DNA of 64,000 bases, taken from contig OZ245006.1 in NCBI GenBank assembly GCA_965223545.1, positions 3,008,001-3,072,000 on the forward strand, in the 5' to 3' direction. Positions 18,872 to 27,530 of the stretch are shown piece after piece (position 1 is the stretch's first letter; every line of letters begins with the position of its first letter). A program made the position numbers and the translations under genes. This stretch comes from Planctomycetota bacterium (GTDB lineage: Bacteria; Planctomycetota; UBA1135; UBA2386). A model generated the notes under the pieces. The model ran no database searches, was not told the origin of the DNA, and saw nothing but the letters and a program-made list of their open reading frames with translations.

Positions 18872-21800
18872 CTAGCGCTCCTGCAGAGAGGCCAGGTAGG
18901 CGACGACGTCGCGCAGCTGGGCGGCGGTGAGAATGCCGCCCATTGGTGGCATTGACGACACAGGCTCGGTGCGCGCTGCGATCTGCGACACCGGGATCTC
19001 GACTTCGGCCTCTCCCTCGGGTTTCAGACGCAGCACGGTCTCGGACTCACCGCGCACCGCACCGACCCGGGTCGTGCCGTTGTCGAGCGTCACCGCGATC
19101 GTGCCATAGCCCTCGGTGATCGCCGCGGTCGGCTGGACGAGCGCCAACAACAGATCCTGACGCGTCCGATCCGCGCCGATGCCATCGAGCACGGGCCCGG
19201 CATCACCACCATCGCCGGCAACGCGGTGGCAGCGCGTGCAAGTTGCGGAGACGTGTTCGCGGAACACTTTCTCGCCGGCGGCAACATCTCCACCGACCAA
19301 CGTCTCCGACCAATCCCGCAGCGGATCCCCGGCGGGCTTGGCGTCCCGGTAGCTCTGCAGCGCGTCTTGGATCTCGGTCTCGGGCCGCGCCTGGGCTGCA
19401 AGGACCACGTCGAGCGCGAGCTCGGGCGCGATGCCGCCAGCGCGCAACGCTTCGACCTGCGCCGCGATCAGGGCAGCGGCGTTGGCATGGGGAATGGCGG
19501 CGAGCAATTGCAGCGCGTGGCGCTGCTCCGAGAGCTCCCCCTGGGTCAGCGCGGCGGCTAGGACCGGAATCGCCGCCAGCGGCTCGAGCTTGGCCGCCAA
19601 TGCGACGGCCGCGCGCCGCAACTCGGGCGCGGCGGACGCGGCACACTGCTCGAGCTCGGCGCGCGCGGCCTCGGGTCGCAGTGCTCCCGCCGCCGACAGC
19701 GCCGTCGCCCGCGTAGTGGCGCCGACCGCGGGCTCGCGCACCAGCGCCATCAGTTCCGGGACGACGGCATCCGCCTTCAGGCTCCGCGCCGCGTCGATCG
19801 CGGCGATGACCACCGACGCGGGCGCAGCCGCCACGGCCGCACCGAACTCCGCCACCAGAGGAGCCACGGCATCCCCGGCGTCTCGCGCGGGCAAGGGCCG
19901 CCATAGCCCAAGGACCATGTCGCGCGCCGACGGCGCCGCCCATTCGCCGAGCGCGGCCAGAGCCAGCGCTCGCATCTCCTCATCGCCGGCGCCGCCCGTG
20001 GCGAACTCCACCAACCGGTGCGCCGCCGCCCGCGTGCCGAGCCACTGATTGGCGGCGATCGCCCGGCGAGCGAACGGACGCTCGGCGGCCGCTGCACTCA
20101 TGAGGGCGGCGGCCAGCGCCGGTCGGGCGGCTTCGATCGGCACGTCGTGGATCGCCCGCGCCGCCTCCACGACGATGCTCCGCTCCTCGTCATCGAGGAA
20201 GCGGGCAACCGCCGCGTGCCGCAAGCGGCGCAGTGCCAGCAGCACGGCGCGTCGCACCGACGGGTCGGCGGTGCCGATGGCCTCGATCAACACGTCCTCG
20301 TCGCCGGTGCCGAGCAGTCCCATCACGCCGGCGTGCCGCAGCACCGGGTCGCGGTCCGCGTTGGCGGCGAGCATCTGGCAAAGCGGCGCGAACGCGGGCG
20401 CGTGGCCCAGCGCCCCCAACGCCTGCGCGGCGGCGGCGCGGACCCTGGCGCTCGGATCGTCGAGACACTCGATCAGCGCGGGCGCCGCGGCCACATAGCG
20501 CGCGTCGCCCGCGACGCGGGCCATCTGCTTGCGGATCTCGGCGTCGCCGTCTTCGAGCAACTCACCGACATCTTCGAGCACATCCGGCGCGCTCATCCGC
20601 GCCACTTGGCCAAGGGCCCAAAGTGCATGCACCCGCGCGATGCGACGCCCGGGCCGACCCGCGACTGCCACCAGCTGCGGCACGATCGGACGCCCTTGCC
20701 CCGCCAACGCGAACTGCGCACCTTGACGCACTCGACGATCGGCGTGCCCGAGCAAATCCAGCAGCTCCTCGACCGATCGATCGGCGAAACCGACGCGCAG
20801 CAGAGCCGCGGTCTGCGACACGTCCGGTGCCGCGCGGCGATCGGCGGCGGACACGCGGTAGATGCGACCCTTCCCCGGGGCATCCCAACCCTCGGTCCAG
20901 TCGGTCAGGTACAGGGCACCGTCCGGGCCGAACTCGACATCGGTCGCCAACACCCGCCAAATCAGGTCGGAGCGCGCATCCAACTCGAAACCGGCGCCCT
21001 TGGGCAGTACGCGCACCGCGTGCACTCCGCTCGGCGCGCTGGCTCCGCGGAAGTCGCACAAGAAGAAATGATCGGCGTACCTCGGGGGCAGCGCGACACA
21101 GCCGGGGTTGTAGACCAAGCCCGACGGCCCGCTCGCCAAGTTGGCGACCGGCGGCACGATCCAAGCGGCCTGCCCAGCGAAGGCGGGGTGCCACAGCTTC
21201 TCCTCGTTCCAGGGACCCCGGTCACCGAGGTACTGGAAGCTCATCAGCCAGCCGCTGTCACCGCCCTGCACGACGTGGACCCAGCGCGCTGCGTCGCCTC
21301 CATCCGAGTTGTTGTCGCCGGTGAACAGGTTGCCCCATCGGTCGAACGCCAACTCCTGCGGGTTGCGCAGACCGCTGGCAAACACCTCCAGGTGGGACCC
21401 ATCCGGCTCGCAACGCAGCACCGCCCCGGTGTGCGGATACTCGAGCCGGACGCCCTCGGCCGTGGTCACGTTGAACCCGCGGTCGCCGATGCTGAAGTAC
21501 AACCTGCCGTCGGGACCGAAGCAGAGACCGTGCATGTCGTGGCCGAGCAGCGCCGTGTGCACGCCGAAGCCACCGTGCAACGCCGATCGGCCATCGGCGA
21601 CGCCATCCCGATCGCGATCCTCCAACCGCCACAGGTGCGGGATGCACGTGTAGTAGACGTGTTTGCCCGCGGCGAGCACGCCGGCAGCGATCCCGGCAGC
21701 CGCATCGCTGAAGCCGTCGGCGAAGACGCTGGCGCGGTCGGCGACTCCATCGCCGTCGTCATCGAAGATGCAGCGGATGCGCTCGTGGTGTTGCGCGTAG

Positions 21801-22180
21801 CTGTCGAACTCGTCGCCGAGGTGTCTCGCGTACTTGGCAACGCGATCCTCGACCGTCGTGCACGCCAGGTCATCGTCGATCCAATAGGTGTGGCGGCGGT
21901 TGTCCGTGACCCCCGCGTGCAGCCGAAAGGTCTCACAGACGTAGAAGGTGCCGCGGTCATCGATGTGGAACGCGACTGGATTGGCCAGCAGGGGCTCGGC
22001 GGCCACCAGCTCGACCGACAAACCGTCGGCTGGCTGGAACCGTGAGATCGCAGCGCGCGCCTCGTCGGAGGCGGGGGCGATCGCGGGAACGTACGGAGCC
22101 GACTGCGCAGCGGCGCCCGCGGAGGCGACCACCGCGAGCAACGCTGGCCAGCGGACCGGTGGGATGGGAGAACGCGACAT
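18872..22180 (-). CDS. PVC-type membrane-bound dehydrogenase-like beta-propeller with HEAT repeats and C-terminal cytochrome c
   Basis: Signal peptide and GSDH-like propeller motifs (FGPDGRLY, GLRNPQELAFD), then HEAT repeats, CTRCH, GPVLDGIG and a distal Met in SSMPP. Confidence 0.85.
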   Translation of the reverse strand: MSRSPIPPVRWPALLAVVASAGAAAQSAPYVPAIAPASDEARAAISRFQPADGLSVELVAAEPLLANPVAFHIDDRGTFYVCETFRLHAGVTDNRRHTYWIDDDLACTTVEDRVAKYARHLGDEFDSYAQHHERIRCIFDDDGDGVADRASVFADGFSDAAAGIAAGVLAAGKHVYYTCIPHLWRLEDRDRDGVADGRSALHGGFGVHTALLGHDMHGLCFGPDGRLYFSIGDRGFNVTTAEGVRLEYPHTGAVLRCEPDGSHLEVFASGLRNPQELAFDRWGNLFTGDNNSDGGDAARWVHVVQGGDSGWLMSFQYLGDRGPWNEEKLWHPAFAGQAAWIVPPVANLASGPSGLVYNPGCVALPPRYADHFFLCDFRGASAPSGVHAVRVLPKGAGFELDARSDLIWRVLATDVEFGPDGALYLTDWTEGWDAPGKGRIYRVSAADRRAAPDVSQTAALLRVGFADRSVEELLDLLGHADRRVRQGAQFALAGQGRPIVPQLVAVAGRPGRRIARVHALWALGQVARMSAPDVLEDVGELLEDGDAEIRKQMARVAGDARYVAAAPALIECLDDPSARVRAAAAQALGALGHAPAFAPLCQMLAANADRDPVLRHAGVMGLLGTGDEDVLIEAIGTADPSVRRAVLLALRRLRHAAVARFLDDEERSIVVEAARAIHDVPIEAARPALAAALMSAAAAERPFARRAIAANQWLGTRAAAHRLVEFATGGAGDEEMRALALAALGEWAAPSARDMVLGLWRPLPARDAGDAVAPLVAEFGAAVAAAPASVVIAAIDAARSLKADAVVPELMALVREPAVGATTRATALSAAGALRPEAARAELEQCAASAAPELRRAAVALAAKLEPLAAIPVLAAALTQGELSEQRHALQLLAAIPHANAAALIAAQVEALRAGGIAPELALDVVLAAQARPETEIQDALQSYRDAKPAGDPLRDWSETLVGGDVAAGEKVFREHVSATCTRCHRVAGDGGDAGPVLDGIGADRTRQDLLLALVQPTAAITEGYGTIAVTLDNGTTRVGAVRGESETVLRLKPEGEAEVEIPVSQIAARTEPVSSMPPMGGILTAAQLRDVVAYLASLQER

Positions 22181-22240
22181 GCGACGGAGAGCGTATCCCG
22201 ACGGCGGGAGGATGTCGGCGGCTCACCCCGTCTCCGGCCG

Positions 22241-25200
22241 TCAGCTTCCGCGCCCCTGCGCGGGGGGAGCCAACCAACCGATGCCCGCCGCACGAGCCTG
22301 CTCTGCGAGCGCGGACACATCGCGCGTGAGCACGGCTTCCGCCTCGGCGCGAGCCGTCCGCAACGACTCTTGCGCATCGTCCATCAGCTCTTTTTGCGCG
22401 TCGGTCGGCGCCCGCCAAGAGGAGGCCAACGAGCGCATCGCCCAGGCGATGGCCGCGCGTGGATGGTTGCGCGGGTGCACGCCCTGCCGAGCGCGCGGTC
22501 CGGCCAACGCCTCGTAGGCGCCATCCACGCGGTCGCGCACCGTCTGCGCGCGCTGCACCAACTCGCCGAGGCGGTCGTCGGTCGGGTCCACGGCCTGCCG
22601 GACGTCGACCTTCTCCAGCAGCCGCCCGATGTCGGCCCGCGCGTCCTCCAAGCGGTCGAGCAAGCCGATCAGCTCCTCCTTCCACGCTCCCATTTGGAGC
22701 ACCGCGGCTTCGTTGGCGGCCCGGTCTTCTGCGCTGATCTGCAAGCGTGGATCCGCCAGCACCTTGACCGAGACCTCGGGGTGAAACACTCCGAGCACCA
22801 AACGCACGGTGTAGTCTCCCGGGGGCACCTCGGGTCCATGCGGATCGAGCAGCGCGCCGTCCTCCCGCTCTTCACCCGGGAAGGGGCGGAAGCCATCGCG
22901 GCGCAAGTTCCACACGACGGTGTTGATGCCTCGCACGACCGGCCGCTCGAACACGCAGACCCGCTCCTTCGCAGCGTCCATGACCTCCACGCGCACGCGC
23001 GGCGCTTCGCCGACCACGCCGTTGACGCCGGGGCTCGGCAACGCGGCGCCGTCGGCAGCAAAGCGGATCAGCGCGCCGTACGGGCGATTGTCGCCCCGGA
23101 ACTCGCCATCGCCGGGAAAACGCGAGGCGTCCGTTTGCCGGACCCAGTGCTGCGGAGCATCTCGCACCGGAAAGGGCTTGAGACCGGCAGTCAGCTCCTC
23201 CGCGCTCAGCCCGCGCAGCGGGCCGATGTCGTCGATCACGTAGATGCCCCGACCATGCGTTCCGATGATCAGGTCGCCCGCGTCCTGCTGCAGCGCCAGC
23301 GAGCGCACCGCGACCGTGGGCAAACCGTGCGTGAACGGCGTCCAGCTGCGACCACCGTCGATCGACAGCCACAGGCCGAACTCGGTGCCGAGGAACAGCA
23401 GCTCGCGGTGCAGCTTGTCCTGCAGCAGGACGTGCGCGTAGCCGCGGACACCGTCGGTCGCCAACCGTTGCCAGGAGACGCCGTAGTCTGTAGTGCGGTA
23501 GACGTAGGTCTCGAAATCCGCGCGGCGGTGGTTGTCGAACACCACGTACGCCTCGCCGGCATCTTGCCACGAGGCTTCGATATGGGCGATCCAGGTGGAC
23601 TCCGGCACTCCCGCGCACCGCGCCGACATGTCGTCCCCCCAACTGTCGCAGTCGTCCGTGGTGACGTGGAGCCGGCCGTCGTCCGAGCCCGCCCACACGA
23701 CGTCACCGCTGATCGGGCTCGGTGCGATCGCGGTCAGGGTCGTGAAGTTCTCGGCCCCGGTGACGTCTGCGGTGAGCCCACCGCTCTCGGCCTGCCGCTG
23801 CCACTCGACGTTGTCGGACGTCAGGTCGTCACTGACGGTGGTCCAGGTTTCGCCGTCGTCGCCGGACCGGTGCACGAATTGACTGCCGAAGTAGATGGTG
23901 CCGGAGTCCCGATGGATGGCCAGGGGGGCATTCCAACCGAACCGCAGCGGCGCGTCCCCCTCCGGCAGGTTGCTGCGCGTCGGCCGGATGCTGCGCCGCT
24001 CGCCGGTGCGCAGGTCGAACCGATGCAGGTAGCCCTCTTGCGTCATCGCGAACCCGACATCCGGCAGCGTGGGGTGCGGGTGGGTGCCGAAGCCATCGCC
24101 GAAGCCCACCTCCTGCCAGTGGTGGTTGCGAATGCCACCGTTCTCGGCGACCACGGCCGGGCCACGCCACGAGCCGTTGTCCTGCATGCCTCCGTAGACC
24201 AGGTAGCCGATGCCACCGGGATCGAGCTCGCCGGCGGCGACGTGGTACAGCTGTGCCAGCGGTAGATTGCCGACTACGCGCCAGGTCGCGCCCCGATCGC
24301 GGCTGACGGCCACGCCGCCGTCGTTGCCGTCGAAGATCAGCTCGGGGTCCTCGGGGTGGATCCACCACGCGTGATGGTCGGGGTGCACGGTCGCCGCCGT
24401 GACCAGCGGGGTGAACGTCCGCCCGCCATCGACCGACACGTCCACTTCGTCGTGCAGGTTGTAGACACGGTCGGGTAGCCGCGGATCGACGCGAATGTCG
24501 CAGTAGTAGAACGGCCGCGGCGCGATGTCGTGGTCGTTGTTCACCAACTGCCAGCTCTGGCCACCGTCCGCCGACCGGTAGAGCCCACTGCGTTCCGCCT
24601 CGATCAACGCGTAGACCACGTCGGGATTGCTGCGCGCGATCGCGATCCCGACGCGCCCCCACTCTCCCTCCGGCAAGCCGTGTTCCACGCCGAGCTCCTG
24701 CCACGTATCACCGCCGTCACGCGTCACGTGCAACCCCGAGTCGGGTCCGCCAGAGCGGAAGGAATGGGGCGAGCGCCGGTGATCCCAGAGCGCCGCGAAC
24801 AGCTTGTCGGGGTCCCGCGGGTCGGCGACCAAATCAGCGGCTCCGGTCCGCTCGCTGCGCTGCAGCACGGGCTCCCAGGTCTTGCCTGCGTCTTTCGTGT
24901 GGAACACACCCCGCTGCGCGTTGTCGCCCCAGGTCATCCCCAGGGCCGCCACCCATGCGACATCCGGGTTGGTTGGATGCAGCACGATGCGGTGGATGCG
25001 CTCGGTCTGACTCAGGCCGAGGTGCACCCAGCTGCTGCCACCGTCGGTCGTCCGATACACGCCGTTGCCGACCGATGCGCTGTTGCGCGGGTTGCCCTCG
25101 CCGGTGCCGACCCACACGATGTCCGGGTTGGGTTGAAAGATCGCGACCTCACCGATGGCGGCGACGTCCTGCTCGTCGAACACCGGCTGCCAGGTCAGGC

Positions 25201-25417
25201 CCGCGTTGCTCGACTTCCAAACCCCGCCGGTCGCAGCACCGACCCAGACGATGTTCGGGTCGGCGACGACCGCGTCGATCGCCGCCACCCTGCCGCTCAT
25301 GCCGGCGGGGCCGATGGAGCGCGCCTCGAGCCCCGACAAGAGCTCGGGCGGAATCTGTGCGGAGATCGAGCCGGCGAGCAGAACGATCGTGAGAACGACG
25401 CGCATTCCCCTCATCAT
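22241..25417 (-). CDS. Secreted VPS10/sortilin-like BNR-repeat protein (glycosyl-hydrolase-like)
   Basis: RSIGPAGMSGRV start, many Asp-box repeats (SxDGGxTW) and a C-terminal helical tail. Confidence 0.85.
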   Translation of the reverse strand: MMRGMRVVLTIVLLAGSISAQIPPELLSGLEARSIGPAGMSGRVAAIDAVVADPNIVWVGAATGGVWKSSNAGLTWQPVFDEQDVAAIGEVAIFQPNPDIVWVGTGEGNPRNSASVGNGVYRTTDGGSSWVHLGLSQTERIHRIVLHPTNPDVAWVAALGMTWGDNAQRGVFHTKDAGKTWEPVLQRSERTGAADLVADPRDPDKLFAALWDHRRSPHSFRSGGPDSGLHVTRDGGDTWQELGVEHGLPEGEWGRVGIAIARSNPDVVYALIEAERSGLYRSADGGQSWQLVNNDHDIAPRPFYYCDIRVDPRLPDRVYNLHDEVDVSVDGGRTFTPLVTAATVHPDHHAWWIHPEDPELIFDGNDGGVAVSRDRGATWRVVGNLPLAQLYHVAAGELDPGGIGYLVYGGMQDNGSWRGPAVVAENGGIRNHHWQEVGFGDGFGTHPHPTLPDVGFAMTQEGYLHRFDLRTGERRSIRPTRSNLPEGDAPLRFGWNAPLAIHRDSGTIYFGSQFVHRSGDDGETWTTVSDDLTSDNVEWQRQAESGGLTADVTGAENFTTLTAIAPSPISGDVVWAGSDDGRLHVTTDDCDSWGDDMSARCAGVPESTWIAHIEASWQDAGEAYVVFDNHRRADFETYVYRTTDYGVSWQRLATDGVRGYAHVLLQDKLHRELLFLGTEFGLWLSIDGGRSWTPFTHGLPTVAVRSLALQQDAGDLIIGTHGRGIYVIDDIGPLRGLSAEELTAGLKPFPVRDAPQHWVRQTDASRFPGDGEFRGDNRPYGALIRFAADGAALPSPGVNGVVGEAPRVRVEVMDAAKERVCVFERPVVRGINTVVWNLRRDGFRPFPGEEREDGALLDPHGPEVPPGDYTVRLVLGVFHPEVSVKVLADPRLQISAEDRAANEAAVLQMGAWKEELIGLLDRLEDARADIGRLLEKVDVRQAVDPTDDRLGELVQRAQTVRDRVDGAYEALAGPRARQGVHPRNHPRAAIAWAMRSLASSWRAPTDAQKELMDDAQESLRTARAEAEAVLTRDVSALAEQARAAGIGWLAPPAQGRGS

Positions 25418-25488
25418 GCAGCACTCTCACCCGTTGGCCATAGCCACCGCGGGTCGATCCCGCGGCAGCCCCTCCCACCCCTCCGAGA

Positions 25489-26595
25489 ATGAAGATCCGC
25501 GCCGCCGTCCTCGAATCCTTCGGCTCCCCTCTCGTCGTTCAGGAACTCGACCTACAAGGACCTCGCGCCGGCGAGGTCCTGGTCAAGCTGCACGCCTGCG
25601 GCGTCTGCCACACCGACCTGTACACCGCCAGTGGCGCCGATCCGAGCGGCTACTGCCCGACGGTTCTCGGCCACGAGGGCGCCGGCGTCGTCGAGGCGGT
25701 TGGCGAGGGCGTCACCTCGGTCGCCGTCGGCGACCACGTGATCACGCTGTTCTCGCCCGAGTGCGGCGAGTGCGTGCACTGCCGCAGCGGCAAGACCAAC
25801 ATCTGCACGGCGATCCGTGCCCAGCAAGGTCAGGGCTACTTGCCGGATGGCAGCGCGCGCCTTTCCCGCGACGGCGAGCCGATGCGGCACTTCATGGGCT
25901 GCAGCACGTTCGCCGAGTACACCGTGATGCCCGAAGTCGCGCTGGCCAAGATCGACAAGGCCGCAGACCTCAGCGCGGTGTGCACGCTGGCGTGCGGCGC
26001 GACCACCGGGATCGCGGCCGCACTGTGGAAGGCCGAAGTGGAGGCCGGCGCAACTTGCGCAGTGTTCGGCGCCGGCATGGTCGGCCTCGGCGCCGTCGTC
26101 GGCGCAAAGCTGCGCGGCGCCGAACGCATCTTCTGCGTCGACCTGTCTCCCCAACGCCTCGAGCTCGCCCGCCGCTACGGCGCGACGGACACGATCGTGG
26201 CTGGCGAGGACAGCGTGCAGCAGATCCTGGACGCGACCGGCGGAAACGGCGCCGACTACACCTTCGAGGCGACCGGCCTCGTCGACGTGATGGGCCAGGC
26301 GGTCGAAGCAGCGCGCATCGGCTGGGGCCTGTGCACGGTCCTCGGTGTCGCCGGCAAGGGCGAGCAGCTGGGCATCGTCCCACGCCTGCTGATCACGGGA
26401 CGGCGGGTGCAAGGCGGTAGCTTCGGCGGCGCCAAGGGACGCACGCACGTTCCGCAGTTGGTCGACATGTACCTGGATGGCAAGATCGACCTGGACGGGT
26501 TCGTCTCGCACCGTCTCACCCTCGACGACGTCAACCGCGGCTTCGAGCTGATGGAGCAACAGGACGGCATCCGCTCGGTGATCGAGTTCAAGTGA
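25489..26595 (+). CDS. Zn-dependent class III-type alcohol/formaldehyde dehydrogenase
   Basis: CHTD, GHEGAG, structural zinc CGECVHC...C, FMGCSTFAEYTV and Rossmann GAGMVG. Confidence 0.9.
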   Translation: MKIRAAVLESFGSPLVVQELDLQGPRAGEVLVKLHACGVCHTDLYTASGADPSGYCPTVLGHEGAGVVEAVGEGVTSVAVGDHVITLFSPECGECVHCRSGKTNICTAIRAQQGQGYLPDGSARLSRDGEPMRHFMGCSTFAEYTVMPEVALAKIDKAADLSAVCTLACGATTGIAAALWKAEVEAGATCAVFGAGMVGLGAVVGAKLRGAERIFCVDLSPQRLELARRYGATDTIVAGEDSVQQILDATGGNGADYTFEATGLVDVMGQAVEAARIGWGLCTVLGVAGKGEQLGIVPRLLITGRRVQGGSFGGAKGRTHVPQLVDMYLDGKIDLDGFVSHRLTLDDVNRGFELMEQQDGIRSVIEFK

Positions 26596-27338
26596 TCATC
26601 GAGCGCAGCATGCACGACGGCTGGCTGTCGAACACCTGGTTGGTGGGCGACAAGCCCGGCGGTCATGCCGTAGTGATCGATACCGGCGCGCCGCTGGCGC
26701 CCATCGTGGCCGCGGTCGAGGCGCACCGCCTGACGGTGACGCACGTCTTGTGCACGCACCACCACTACGACCACGTCGCCCACAACGACGACTATAGGCA
26801 GCGCTATGCCTGCCCCGTGTGCGCACATCCCGCCGAGGTCCCGCTGTTCGGCGACCGAGTCGAGCAGACGTTGGAGGACGGGGCCGAGATCAGCAGCGGC
26901 GACCTCCGCGTGCGCGCGCTGCACGTCCCCGGACACACCACGGGGCAGCTCGCCTTCCTGATCAACGAACGTCGCGTGTTCACCGGCGACACGCTGTTTC
27001 GCGGCAGCGTCGGCGGCACCCGAGGCCCGGGTCACGGCACCTTCGATCAGCTGCGCCACTCGATCATGGAGGTGCTCCTGCGACTGCCCGAGGAGACCGT
27101 CATCCACCCCGGCCACCGCGGCGAGACCACGGTCGCGCGCGAGCTGCGCGACAACCCGTTCGTCCGCGCCTGGCACCAACCGCAACCCTCGGCCGCCACC
27201 TCGCGCTGCCGCGCCATGGGAAGACCGGCCGAGCTCTTGCTGCGCGCTCCGGACTACGACGGGGGCACCAAGTGCTGGGTGCGATTCGACGACGGCACGA
27301 CCGACGTCGTCGCAGGATCGCGCGTCACCTCCGTCTAG
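26592..27338 (+). CDS. MBL-fold metallo-hydrolase (glyoxalase II-like)
   Basis: THHHYDH, PGHT, FTGDTLF and HPGH. GTGA overlap with the ADH stop. Confidence 0.9.
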   Translation: MIIERSMHDGWLSNTWLVGDKPGGHAVVIDTGAPLAPIVAAVEAHRLTVTHVLCTHHHYDHVAHNDDYRQRYACPVCAHPAEVPLFGDRVEQTLEDGAEISSGDLRVRALHVPGHTTGQLAFLINERRVFTGDTLFRGSVGGTRGPGHGTFDQLRHSIMEVLLRLPEETVIHPGHRGETTVARELRDNPFVRAWHQPQPSAATSRCRAMGRPAELLLRAPDYDGGTKCWVRFDDGTTDVVAGSRVTSV

Positions 27339-27500
27339 CAGTCCGTTAAAAAAGTCATTCGCCCCGCCACCCGGCGCCTCTTAGCGCAGCTCGTCACGCG
27401 AAAGCCTCGCCGAATCCACTGATTCGCCTGCGTTTTCGCGCGCCGACCCGCATCGACAACCACCGGATTGCGAGACGAAGCACTTTCTCAACGGCCTGCT
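27337..27500. mobile_element. MITE-like non-autonomous element (164 bp) with terminal inverted repeats
   Basis: Left end AGCAGTCCGTTAAAAAAGT (27337-27355) matches the reverse complement of the right end, AGCAGGCCGTTGAGAAAGT (27482-27500), at 16/19 positions. There is an internal hairpin at 27397-27440 and no transposase. Confidence 0.6.
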
Positions 27501-27530
27501 GGGAACCCAATAGCGAGCGCCACGGCTCGC

